A stretch of 43,218 bases of DNA from Calditrichaceae bacterium (GTDB taxonomy: Bacteria > Calditrichota > Calditrichia > Calditrichales > JBFXGD01), in assembly GCA_050178385.1 (NCBI GenBank), contig JBFXGD010000012.1:1-43218 (forward strand), in the 5' to 3' direction. Shown piece after piece: positions 1 through 8,720 of the stretch. Both the position numbers and the translations under genes were made by a program. The stretch's first letter is position 1. Each line of letters opens with the position of its first letter. The notes beneath the pieces were generated by a model. It had not been told where the DNA came from. It ran no database searches and saw nothing but the letters and a program-made list of their open reading frames with translations.

Positions 1-2
1 TT

Positions 3-1295
3 GAGCTGCTGAAGGATTTATTCAGGAAAAAACCTGATGAAAAATCCGGATTCGGAACAGTAATGATGGGGATTACGTTTGTAATACTATTGTTTGCCAT
101 CCCCGGACAGATGCTGGCAAAGAATTTCCATAGCCACGACCGTTCAGGCAATTATGTGGCCTGGGATTATTCGTATAACATGCTGATGTCCTGTGAACCT
201 GACGCGATTCTATTTACCAATGGGGATAATGATACGTTCCCGCTCTGGTATCTGCAGGAAGTTGAAAATATCAGATTAGATATTCGAATAGTAAATCTCA
301 GTCTGTTGAATACGGACTGGTATATCAAACAATTACGGGATATGGAGCCAAAAGTGCCGCTTGTGATGAGCGATGCCGAGCTTGGCCGCATAGGGTTGCG
401 CCCATGGAAAAAGCAAAAAGTGACTTTAAAAGTGCCTGCTACATTGGCTGAAGAGGCTTATACCGAATTCCAGGATGCGTTTAAATTCAGTAATATCGAA
501 ATTCCGGAGCAGATAAGCATTGAAATTAGCCCGACGATGGACACGCCTTACGGCCCGGTGATTCGTACTCAGGATTATATGATTCTCAACATCATCGCCA
601 CAAACCAATGGCGAAGACCGGTTTATTTTGGTGTCACCGTTCCTCAAAGTAATATGCTTTCGGAACTTGCGGATTATATGCGCATGGAAGGCCTGGTTCT
701 CAGGCTGGTTCCCTATAAAAACTGGGATATGTCACCAACGCACATCCGTAAAAATCTTCTGGAAATTTATAAATATCGCGGATTGAACGATCCAAATGTT
801 TATTATGATGAAAACATTACAAGCCTGCTTCAAAATTATAGAACAGGATTTATGCAATTGGCGGAATACGATGCAAGATTTGCGAATGACAAAGAAGCCT
901 TAAAGAAAGTGCTGACCGCCATGGAAGAAAAGATCCCGTCTGAAGTTATCCCATGGTCGAGCCGATTTATGCGCCTGTACGGCGATGCGTTCCGGGTTGT
1001 TGCGGATTCTTCATACACAGAAAAAATTCTGAATGACACATCGAGAGAAAATGATCTTCAGACAATTGGTGAACATCTGCTTCGTCTGCGGAAATTGAAT
1101 CCGGCAATTGCCCTGTTGGAGAAGGATTATGAGAAGAACCCGCTTAATCCTAAGACACTCGGACTGCTTATCAATGCCTATGATATGAATGGTGAAAAAG
1201 AAAAAGCTGCCGCGCCGCTTGAAAACTGGCTAAAAGCAAATCCCGGTGACAATAACGCGAAAAATATTTTAGAGTCAATAAAAAGCAAAAATTGA
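3..1295 (+). CDS. DUF2723-family (GT117/TMEM260-like) membrane glycosyltransferase, C-terminal part with TPR-like end; 5' end lies outside the window
   Basis: Frame is open from base 3 (GAG CTG CTG AAG...). Motifs NFHSHDRS, DYSYNMLMSC, AILFTNGDNDTFPLWYLQEVE, RIVNLSLLNTDWYIKQL are characteristic of DUF2723 proteins; helical TPR-like C-terminus. Confidence 0.8.
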   Translation, partial: ELLKDLFRKKPDEKSGFGTVMMGITFVILLFAIPGQMLAKNFHSHDRSGNYVAWDYSYNMLMSCEPDAILFTNGDNDTFPLWYLQEVENIRLDIRIVNLSLLNTDWYIKQLRDMEPKVPLVMSDAELGRIGLRPWKKQKVTLKVPATLAEEAYTEFQDAFKFSNIEIPEQISIEISPTMDTPYGPVIRTQDYMILNIIATNQWRRPVYFGVTVPQSNMLSELADYMRMEGLVLRLVPYKNWDMSPTHIRKNLLEIYKYRGLNDPNVYYDENITSLLQNYRTGFMQLAEYDARFANDKEALKKVLTAMEEKIPSEVIPWSSRFMRLYGDAFRVVADSSYTEKILNDTSRENDLQTIGEHLLRLRKLNPAIALLEKDYEKNPLNPKTLGLLINAYDMNGEKEKAAAPLENWLKANPGDNNAKNILESIKSKN

Positions 1296-1300
1296 ATGTA

Positions 1301-2284
1301 ATGGAGTATTTTAAAACTTTTTTAAAGGCCGTTATTTCTCTGGGTCTGTTTGGTTATCTTGTATATCATGCGGACCCTGATGAGATCATAAAAGTCCTGT
1401 CAGGAATAAACGCCAGCGAAGGTATATACTATCTGGTGCTGGCGGTTATATTAGAGCTCGTATCGATATATTTGATGTCGTTTCGCTGGAAAATTCTGCT
1501 AAAACAGTACGATATCGATATCAGAACCGACCGGTTGTTCGGATTTTACCTGATCGGGCTGTTTTTTAACAACTTTCTGCCGACGAGTATCGGTGGAGAT
1601 GTTGTCAGGATTTACAAAGCCGCTGATGACAGTGAGAACAGAACCGCGGGATTTGCAAGTGTTATAATAGAGCGTCTTGTGGGAATGGCATCAACCTTTT
1701 TTCTGGCTATCGTGGCGCTTTTTTTTGTCTCACAGTATTTTCACAGTAACAGATTGTTGTATATGTCTTTGATGCTGTTTACGGGAATTATTGTATTCAT
1801 TTTTCTGATGACCCGGAACCGGCCATTTAAGCTGATGCTCAGAATATTTGAAAAGGTTACCATATTTAATATTGGTGAAAAATTCAATAAACTGTTTGAA
1901 GCGATTCACCAATTGAAAACACACCGCCGTGTTTTTGTATATGTATTCATGCTGTCACTGTTTTCACAGATCGCGATAGTGTTGATGAATTATTACATAT
2001 CTCGGGCTTTTTCGATGGACATTGATTTGTTGTTTCTGTTTCTGGTTGTACCGGTGACATTTGCTCTCACCCTTCTGCCTTCCATTAACGGTGTCGGTGT
2101 CAGGGATGGTGGATATGTGGTTCTACTCGGAAAGATTGGTATTTCAGGAGCTGCCGCAATTTCACTTTCTTTTATGAATCTACTGATTCCAATGTTTATA
2201 TCACTCTTTGGCGCAATATTATTTATCATTCAAAAACGTAAACTAAGACAAGAGGAAATCAATGAAATCGAACCGTCATTGTAA
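1301..2284 (+). CDS. UPF0104 / lysylphosphatidylglycerol-synthase TM domain (flippase-like) membrane protein
   Basis: About 8 hydrophobic helices; RWKILL, GLFFNNFLPTSIGGDVVR, ERLVG, LPSINGVGVRD motifs; ATG 1301 preferred over TTG 1292. Confidence 0.85.
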   Translation: MEYFKTFLKAVISLGLFGYLVYHADPDEIIKVLSGINASEGIYYLVLAVILELVSIYLMSFRWKILLKQYDIDIRTDRLFGFYLIGLFFNNFLPTSIGGDVVRIYKAADDSENRTAGFASVIIERLVGMASTFFLAIVALFFVSQYFHSNRLLYMSLMLFTGIIVFIFLMTRNRPFKLMLRIFEKVTIFNIGEKFNKLFEAIHQLKTHRRVFVYVFMLSLFSQIAIVLMNYYISRAFSMDIDLLFLFLVVPVTFALTLLPSINGVGVRDGGYVVLLGKIGISGAAAISLSFMNLLIPMFISLFGAILFIIQKRKLRQEEINEIEPSL

Positions 2285-3290
2285 GTCAGGAGGAGTTTTT
2301 GTTGCCAGTATCTTGATTCTTATAATGCTGAACGGCTGTGATTATAAGGTATCAACTATGGGCTATCCTCAGAAGGTCTTTGTTGTCGGGGATTCTCTCT
2401 TGTGGGAGGATGTGAAAGATGATGTAGTGGAAACTTTTGAGTCAATTCTGTACACGCCGCATGTTGAGCAAAGTTTCTTTCTCGAATGGATTCCGCTTAG
2501 CCGTTTAAATGATTACAAGACAAGAATGAATTTGTTTTTGATCGGCGTCGATACTGAATCAAATCCGGCAAACGACTACATCAGCAAAATACTACCGGAA
2601 AATTTTAAACAGGATGTCCGCGAGAACAAGTATTTTTATTTTTTTAAGGACGATTTGTTTGCGCGTGATCAGATTGGTTTAATCATGTATGCAAAAGACC
2701 GGTCAGCATTCAAAAATAATTTCGCGTCTAATAAGAATGAAATCTTTAATACGTTTAATCAGAAATATTTCGATCGGTTGAAGACCAGTATGTATGAAAA
2801 AGGGGAACAAGTTAAGATAGAAAAGCATCTTTCAGAAGTTTTTGGCTGGATGGTAAAAGTACAACATGATTATTTTGTCGCGACCGAAGATATCACCGAA
2901 AAATATGTCTGGTTGCGCCGCTATGATCCAGACCGCTGGCTTTCGGTCTGGCGGGTACCCGGAGACAGTACGCTGATTAACAGAGACTCTTTGATTGCGC
3001 TGCGCAATCGAATGGCCGGAAAATTTTATGAAGGCGATCACGCCATCGAAGAAGATACCTATATTGCAGAAACGAAATTTAACGGTCAGCGGACAAAAAA
3101 GCTAATCGGACTTTGGAAAAATGATTCACTATTGGTCGGCGGGCCTTTTCGGACTTATGCTGTATACAACCCGACTGATACATCGCTTTATATGATAGAT
3201 ATCGCAGTGATGGCTCCCGGTAAAAATAAAAAACCGTTTCTGGATCAGCTGGAAGTCATGGCTAATACCTTTGAGGTTATAAGTAAATAG
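2262..3290 (+). CDS. DUF4837-family lipoprotein
   Basis: Lipobox LNGC; C-terminal GLWKND..GGPFRTY and APGKNKKPFLDQLEVMANTF; SD GAGGA upstream. Confidence 0.7.
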   Translation: MKSNRHCKSGGVFVASILILIMLNGCDYKVSTMGYPQKVFVVGDSLLWEDVKDDVVETFESILYTPHVEQSFFLEWIPLSRLNDYKTRMNLFLIGVDTESNPANDYISKILPENFKQDVRENKYFYFFKDDLFARDQIGLIMYAKDRSAFKNNFASNKNEIFNTFNQKYFDRLKTSMYEKGEQVKIEKHLSEVFGWMVKVQHDYFVATEDITEKYVWLRRYDPDRWLSVWRVPGDSTLINRDSLIALRNRMAGKFYEGDHAIEEDTYIAETKFNGQRTKKLIGLWKNDSLLVGGPFRTYAVYNPTDTSLYMIDIAVMAPGKNKKPFLDQLEVMANTFEVISK

Positions 3291-3297
3291 AATATGA

Positions 3298-3783
3298 GTG
3301 GAACCGTTGTATAGTTCAATGGCAATTGTCGTCGGATTTCTCGTGATGATTGTTTTGATTTACCTGTCATATGGATGGAGACAGGAGCATATACATGGAA
3401 AACGGGCTGAAAATCTAAAGAAAAATGACTATTTTAATGCAAAAGAATATTATCGGTCGTACCTTACTTCGATTATTCAGCAAATCGGATCCGGTGAATT
3501 GTTATGGGTTGAAATATTCCCTTCAAATGAGCCCGCGAATCGACTCTTAATAAATAAATTACCCGAATCCGAATCGCTGTCCTTGATATTTCGGGTATCT
3601 GTCTGGGATTTAAATGACAGAAAAAGGGTCATGGCGCTCGGTGCAGAATCGGTTTTTCAGAAAGTATCCGGGATAATGATACAGATTCCCTTTAATTCCA
3701 AAATAGCAACAGACATAATCTACTACATATTCGAGGAGTCCATGAGTATGGTCCGTATATTCAATCTTAAATTTAAATTTTAA
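3298..3783 (+). CDS. Hypothetical protein with N-terminal membrane anchor
   Basis: 161-aa ORF fills the gap between co-directional genes; one hydrophobic helix; start uncertain (GTG 3298 or ATG 3319). Confidence 0.6.
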   Translation: MEPLYSSMAIVVGFLVMIVLIYLSYGWRQEHIHGKRAENLKKNDYFNAKEYYRSYLTSIIQQIGSGELLWVEIFPSNEPANRLLINKLPESESLSLIFRVSVWDLNDRKRVMALGAESVFQKVSGIMIQIPFNSKIATDIIYYIFEESMSMVRIFNLKFKF

Positions 3784-3792
3784 GGAGAAAAA

Positions 3793-4254
3793 ATGCCAAA
3801 ATTAGCCATACTTTTAGGGAGCAAGTCGGATATATTGTATGCGGAGGCAGCTGAAATATACTTAAAATATTTTGGGATTGAATATGAGATAAACATCATG
3901 TCCGCCCACAGAAATCCGGCTCGGGTTACCGGGTTTGCAACTCAGGCGCGTGAGAATGGATTCAGTGCAATTATTGCGGGAGCCGGAATGGCTGCACATC
4001 TTGCCGGCGTGGTTGCCGCGCACACCGATCTGCCTGTTCTGGGCGTACCGCTTCCGGGCGGGATTATGGATGGCCTTGATGCGCTGCTCTCAACTGTTCA
4101 GATGCCTGCAGGGGTGCCTGTGGCCACTTTTGCGGTTGGAAAAGCCGGGATGAGAAATGCTGTGGTTTTCGCGGCGCAGATATTCGCTTTGTCAGAGCCT
4201 GGTATTCTGGAGTTGCTCAACGAATTCAGAGAGAAGGGCAGCAGGCTGGATTAA
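3793..4254 (+). CDS. purE: N5-carboxyaminoimidazole ribonucleotide mutase
   Basis: GSKSD, SAHRNP, AGAGMAAHLAG, GLDALLSTVQMPAGVPVATFA; SD AAGGAG. Confidence 0.95.
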   Translation: MPKLAILLGSKSDILYAEAAEIYLKYFGIEYEINIMSAHRNPARVTGFATQARENGFSAIIAGAGMAAHLAGVVAAHTDLPVLGVPLPGGIMDGLDALLSTVQMPAGVPVATFAVGKAGMRNAVVFAAQIFALSEPGILELLNEFREKGSRLD

Positions 4255-4277
4255 TCCATTCCCAAAAAAAAGTCAGG

Positions 4278-4306
4278 TTGAACTTTGATGCTGAATAATG
4301 TATTTT
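4278..4306 (+). promoter_or_regulatory. Putative sigma70-type promoter
   Basis: TTGAAC (4278-4283), 17-nt spacer, TATTTT (4301-4306), ending 7 nt before ATG 4314. Confidence 0.45.
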
Positions 4307-4313
4307 AGATTCC

Positions 4314-5234
4314 ATGAAAATTATGCTGATTGGTACAGTCATTTCTGATCGAATCCGGAATTATGATGGTACACGGTCAGAAAGTCTCGGGGGATTGCTC
4401 TTTTCAATAAACGCCTTCTCAGCGCTGATGGGTGAATCGGATCAATTAATTCCGGTTTGCAGGGTCGGTTCTGATATCTATGAATCGGTTGTTGATATTC
4501 TGAGACGAGATCAAAGGATTATCACTGACAGGGTGATTCGGAGTGAGAGTAAAAACAATTTAGTTGAGATCACATACATAAATTCTTCTGAGCGGATTGA
4601 GCGGTCTTTGCATCCGATGGCGCCATTAAAATTTGATGATATTGGTCCTGTTTCAGATTTGGATGCCGTTTTTGTAAATATGATCTCGGGTTGGGATTTA
4701 GAGCTGACAGCGATGGCCGGGCTGAGAAAAAAGTGTAACGGAATTATATATTTGGATTTGCACAGTGTCGCGCTCGGGCGAAATGAAGATGGAAGAAGAT
4801 ATTACAGGCCGATTGATGGTGTTCAGGAATGGATCAATAACTGTGATATTTTGCAGCTGAATGAGCGGGAATTTGAGATGATTCGGGGCAATCATGATTC
4901 TGTAAATGATTTATTTATGGAATATTGCTTTTATAAGTCAAAAATAATTAATTTGACTTTGGGTGCGGAAGGGAGTAATTCGATTTTCCGGGAAGGCAAA
5001 AAACTGAAAAGTATCATTAGCCGACCGGCCGCAGATATAAACGTAGTTGATCCGACGGGTTGCGGAGATGTTTACGGGGCGGGATTTTTGTCAGCATATT
5101 TAAAAAATAAAAGTATTGTTAACGCGGCTAAAACCGCAAATATGATCGCAGCGGTCAGCGGCACCAGACGAGGTTTGCCGGAAACCGGTTTTCTGAAAAA
5201 GGAATTAAACCGATTACAAAAACAGGAAGTTTGA
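4314..5234 (+). CDS. PfkB/ribokinase-family carbohydrate kinase
   Basis: SLGG, LQLNERE, TLGAEGS and VVDPTGCGDVYGAGF PfkB signature. Confidence 0.88.
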   Translation: MKIMLIGTVISDRIRNYDGTRSESLGGLLFSINAFSALMGESDQLIPVCRVGSDIYESVVDILRRDQRIITDRVIRSESKNNLVEITYINSSERIERSLHPMAPLKFDDIGPVSDLDAVFVNMISGWDLELTAMAGLRKKCNGIIYLDLHSVALGRNEDGRRYYRPIDGVQEWINNCDILQLNEREFEMIRGNHDSVNDLFMEYCFYKSKIINLTLGAEGSNSIFREGKKLKSIISRPAADINVVDPTGCGDVYGAGFLSAYLKNKSIVNAAKTANMIAAVSGTRRGLPETGFLKKELNRLQKQEV

Positions 5235-6142
5235 TGAAAAGAGTATTGGTGACCGGATCGAATGGTTTGCTTGGACAAAGTCTGGTAAAGTTTTTCAGTA
5301 AAGAATATGAGGTTTTTGGGGCATCAAAGGGAACCGTAGATCATGAACTCGATTCAGGCATTCCTTATTATATGGTCGATCTCGCTCATCGGGGGCAGAC
5401 GCTCAACCTGATTGAAGAAGTCAAGCCTGACGTGATTATTAACGCTGGGGCTTTCACCGCGGTCGATGCCTGTGAGACAGAAAGAGAACTTTGCTGGAAT
5501 TCTAATGTAAAAGCGGTTGAAAATATTATTGAAGCGTCCGCGCGGTTTAATCCCGCGCTGGTGCAGATTTCAACAGATTATGTGTTTGACGGAACAAACG
5601 GCCCGTATAAAGAGAGTGACGTGCCGAATCCAAGAGGGGTATACGCCCGAAGCAAGTTCGCGGCTGAAAACATTATTAAATCCTGTTCTCTTGAATATAT
5701 GATAGTTCGGACTCAGGTTTTGTACGGGGTCGATAATCGTGGTAGGCTTAATTTCGCTTCATGGGTAATTGATCAGCTGGCACACGAAAAAGAAATTAGA
5801 GTAGTTGGCGACCAGGTTGGTAATCCAACCTTCACAGATGATGTCTGTGAAGGTATCTCAAGGCTTTTAAAAGGAAATGATTTTGGGGTTTTTCACATAT
5901 CCGGATCAGAGATTGTAAGCCGTTACCAGTTTGCCCTGAAGATCGCTGAGATATTTGAACTCGATGATTCGCTCATTCAGAAAATATCCACGGAAGAGCT
6001 GCATCAGCATGCTCCGCGCCCGATGAATTCTTCCTTTGTTCTGGATAAGCTGGTCAACAGGACGGGCTGGGAGCCGCATGATATCAATTCCGGGTTGATG
6101 CTCTATAAATCTAAAATTGAAGAAGAATATGGTAGATCCTAA
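5234..6142 (+). CDS. rfbD: dTDP-4-dehydrorhamnose reductase (RmlD/RfbD family)
   Basis: VLVTGSNGLLG, AFTAVDACE, ISTDYVFDG, YARSK, DQVGNPT, APRP. Confidence 0.85.
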   Translation: MKRVLVTGSNGLLGQSLVKFFSKEYEVFGASKGTVDHELDSGIPYYMVDLAHRGQTLNLIEEVKPDVIINAGAFTAVDACETERELCWNSNVKAVENIIEASARFNPALVQISTDYVFDGTNGPYKESDVPNPRGVYARSKFAAENIIKSCSLEYMIVRTQVLYGVDNRGRLNFASWVIDQLAHEKEIRVVGDQVGNPTFTDDVCEGISRLLKGNDFGVFHISGSEIVSRYQFALKIAEIFELDDSLIQKISTEELHQHAPRPMNSSFVLDKLVNRTGWEPHDINSGLMLYKSKIEEEYGRS

Positions 6143-6854
6143 AAAAGCGCTGATAATAGTTCCCACATATAATGAAATTGAAAATGTCGAGTCACTTGTT
6201 AACGCGATTTATAAGTCACAATCCGACATCAACATTTTATTTGTGGACGATAATTCTCCGGATGGGACCGCGGAATTAATAAATAAACTCAGGAAAGACC
6301 GGGATACGATATTTTTGCTTCAGCGTCCAGGGAAACTGGGGTTGGGGAGCGCGTATACAGCCGGATTCAAATATGCGTTGGAAAACGGATATGAATACAT
6401 ATTTGAAATGGATGCGGATTTTTCTCACGACCCTAAGGAAATACCGCGTTTTTTAGAACAAATTGAGAACTATGATCTCGTTTTAGGTTCACGGTATATC
6501 AAAGGAGTCAATGTAGTAAACTGGCCTTTGAGCAGATTGCTCCTAAGCTATTTTGCTAATATATATACACGATTCTCAACCGGCCTGCCGGTACGGGATT
6601 CCACCGGCGGGTTTAAATGCTTTCGCCGGGAAGTACTAAGTTCAATAGGCCTGGACGAAATTAAATCCAATGGCTATGCGTTTCAGATTGAGCTAAATTT
6701 TAAGACCTGGAAAAAGGGTTTCCGAATTAAGGAAATTCCTATTATTTTTGTAGATCGTGTTTACGGCGAGTCCAAATTGTCCTCAAAAATCATGTGGGAG
6801 GCGATGTTTTTGGTCTGGAAATTAAGATTGAGCAGTCTGTTTGGAAAACTTTAA
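6129..6854 (+). CDS. Polyprenol-phosphate mannose synthase (DPM1-like GT2)
   Basis: [72 protein letters not shown] 6129 preferred. Confidence 0.9.
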   Translation: MVDPKKALIIVPTYNEIENVESLVNAIYKSQSDINILFVDDNSPDGTAELINKLRKDRDTIFLLQRPGKLGLGSAYTAGFKYALENGYEYIFEMDADFSHDPKEIPRFLEQIENYDLVLGSRYIKGVNVVNWPLSRLLLSYFANIYTRFSTGLPVRDSTGGFKCFRREVLSSIGLDEIKSNGYAFQIELNFKTWKKGFRIKEIPIIFVDRVYGESKLSSKIMWEAMFLVWKLRLSSLFGKL

Positions 6855-6862
6855 AGGAATAT

Positions 6863-7831
6863 ATGGCACTAAGCGCGTTAAAATTTGTTCTGGAATTTGA
6901 AAAGCCGGTTGTCGAGCTGGAGAGAAAAATTCAGGAGATGCGCGAATACGCGGCTTCAACCGGAATTGAATTGAAGGATGATATAAAGAGACTGGAAAAA
7001 AAAGCGAAACAGCTGCGCAAGGAAATATATGCTAACATGACCCGCTGGCAGAGAGTGCAGCTGGCAAGGCATCCCATGCGTCCATTCACCCTGGATTATC
7101 TTGAAAGATTAACTTCTTATTTTGATGAATTGCACGGTGACCGTTTTTTTGCGGATGATACCGCCATTGTTTCCGGTTTTGCAAAAATTGACGATTTTTC
7201 TGTTGTAATTATAGGACATCAGAAAGGGCGTGACACAAAATCCAACTTATACCGGAACTTTGGTATGCCGAATCCCGAAGGATATCGCAAAGCCATGCGG
7301 GTAATGAATCTCGGGGCAAAGTTTAAGAAGCCGATTATTACTTTTATTGATACACCGGGCGCGTTCCCTGGAATTGGAGCTGAAGAAAGAGGCCAGGCTG
7401 AAGCCATAGCGCATAATCTTTTCCAAATGTCGCACCTGCCTGTTCCGATCATCAATGTGATTATTGGAGAAGGCGCCTCCGGAGGCGCATTAGGCATAGG
7501 TGTAGGAGATCGTATCCTGATGATGGAGAATTCCTGGTATTCGGTGATCAGTCCGGAAGGATGCGCCGCAATTCTGTGGCGTGACGCGGCAAAGGCTCCG
7601 GAAGCAGCCGAGGCGATGAAAGTGACCGCTCCTGATCTTTTGTCATTAAATATTATCGATGAAATAGTAAAAGAACCCGAAGGCGGAGCTCATCATGACT
7701 ATGATATGGCCGCTTCTCTTTTGAAGAAATCGATAATTAAACATCTGGGCGAACTCATGAAAATTCCGACAGAGGAACTGATAGAACAGCGGATAGAAAA
7801 ATTCTCCAAAATGGGAGCCTGGAAGGAATGA
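6863..7831 (+). CDS. accA: Acetyl-CoA carboxylase carboxyltransferase alpha subunit
   Basis: [70 protein letters not shown] 6863 follows AAGGA. Confidence 0.97.
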   Translation: MALSALKFVLEFEKPVVELERKIQEMREYAASTGIELKDDIKRLEKKAKQLRKEIYANMTRWQRVQLARHPMRPFTLDYLERLTSYFDELHGDRFFADDTAIVSGFAKIDDFSVVIIGHQKGRDTKSNLYRNFGMPNPEGYRKAMRVMNLGAKFKKPIITFIDTPGAFPGIGAEERGQAEAIAHNLFQMSHLPVPIINVIIGEGASGGALGIGVGDRILMMENSWYSVISPEGCAAILWRDAAKAPEAAEAMKVTAPDLLSLNIIDEIVKEPEGGAHHDYDMAASLLKKSIIKHLGELMKIPTEELIEQRIEKFSKMGAWKE

Positions 7832-8235
7832 TCGAAAACAGCAGCCAGCTGCGGGTTCGTTATGCTGAAACCGATCAGATGAAATTCGTACATCACTCTA
7901 ACTATATTGTTTGGTTTGAATATGGACGAACCGAATTGCTTAAAGCATACGGGTTTTCATATGCAGGGCTTGAAAAAGAAGGGTATTTGATGCCGGTGCT
8001 GGAAGTTAATGCAAAGTATCTGAAACCCGCAAAATACGATGATCTGATAACCATAAAGACGACGATGCCTTTTGCGCCTAAAGCCAGGATCGGATTTGAA
8101 TATCAGGTTTTTAATGAAGCTAATGAACTTTTATGCGAAGGATCATCCCTCCACAGCTTCATGAATACCGGTGAGCGTGCGATTAAGCCGCCAAAAAAGT
8201 TCTTGTTAAAAATGAAAAATTATTTTGAAGGATGA
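7828..8235 (+). CDS. YbgC/FadM-family acyl-CoA thioesterase
   Basis: [23 protein letters not shown] hotdog-fold motif; ATGA overlap with accA. Confidence 0.9.
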   Translation: MIENSSQLRVRYAETDQMKFVHHSNYIVWFEYGRTELLKAYGFSYAGLEKEGYLMPVLEVNAKYLKPAKYDDLITIKTTMPFAPKARIGFEYQVFNEANELLCEGSSLHSFMNTGERAIKPPKKFLLKMKNYFEG

Positions 8236-8238
8236 AAA

Positions 8239-8403
8239 ATGCTGGATAAGGAGTTATTGGATATTTTAGCCTGCCCCAAATGCAAGGGTGATCTGGAATA
8301 TAAACCGGATGAAAAACAGTTGATTTGTAATGAATGTCGTTTGATTTACAGAATTGAAGATGACATTCCGATTATGTTGATCGATGAAGCTGAGGAATTT
8401 TGA
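8239..8403 (+). CDS. Trm112/YcaR-family small protein, 54 aa (absent from the ORF track)
   Basis: Hand translation: MLDKELLDILACPKCKGDLEYKPDEKQLICNECRLIYRIEDDIPIMLIDEAEEF; LLDILACP..K and IPIMLIDEA signature; AAGGA upstream. Confidence 0.92.
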   Translation: MLDKELLDILACPKCKGDLEYKPDEKQLICNECRLIYRIEDDIPIMLIDEAEEF

Positions 8404-8485
8404 GATTAGTAAATAAGTTCTTTTTTATTAATTTTTCATTTTTTCGGCCGAATAACAGAGTTAACTCTGATTTGCCAAAATTGCC

Positions 8486-8514
8486 TTGACAATCTAAGGC
8501 TTCAGGTTTAAATT
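8486..8514 (+). promoter_or_regulatory. Sigma70-type promoter upstream of the porV leader
   Basis: TTGACA (8486-8491), 17-nt spacer, TAAATT (8509-8514). Confidence 0.7.
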
Positions 8515-8520
8515 TAAAAT

Positions 8521-8650
8521 AATTCAAAAAAGGTACGCGGAGATGCGCCTATAAGCAGTTTGTTAAAGGAAATTTAGAATAGAAAGATTTTGATCCAGTA
8601 GTAGATGGATGCATCTGCCTATACCTTTAACAAGTTGCTTATTTTTTATT
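8521..8650 (+). ncRNA. Candidate structured leader or small RNA of unknown family
   Basis: 19-bp helix 8551-8569/8624-8642 (two G-U pairs) with alternative pairings; lies between a promoter and a terminator hairpin. Confidence 0.4.
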
Positions 8651-8652
8651 TC

Positions 8653-8706
8653 AAGCCGGTTAAATGGAATCTTTCAGGTAGATTAACCATTTAACCGGCT
8701 TTTTTT
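8653..8706 (+). terminator. Intrinsic terminator/attenuator hairpin immediately upstream of the porV RBS
   Basis: AAGCCGGTTAAATGG (8653-8667) / CCATTTAACCGGCTT (8687-8701), perfect 15-bp stem; T-run 8700-8706. Confidence 0.75.
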
Positions 8707-8720
8707 ATGGAGGAAACAAA

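Noticed and set aside
6794..6862. Extended N-termini in the ORF track (accA 6794; also 6117, 16894, 27144, 29788)
   Set aside because: Downstream ATGs have better SDs, restore signal peptides or family N-termini, and avoid long overlaps
8521..8706. 6S RNA, tRNA or coding assignment for the porV leader (29-codon ORF from ATG 8605)
   Set aside because: The main hairpin spans only ~92 nt without 6S two-arm geometry; no cloverleaf; the ORF lacks an SD and runs through both hairpins
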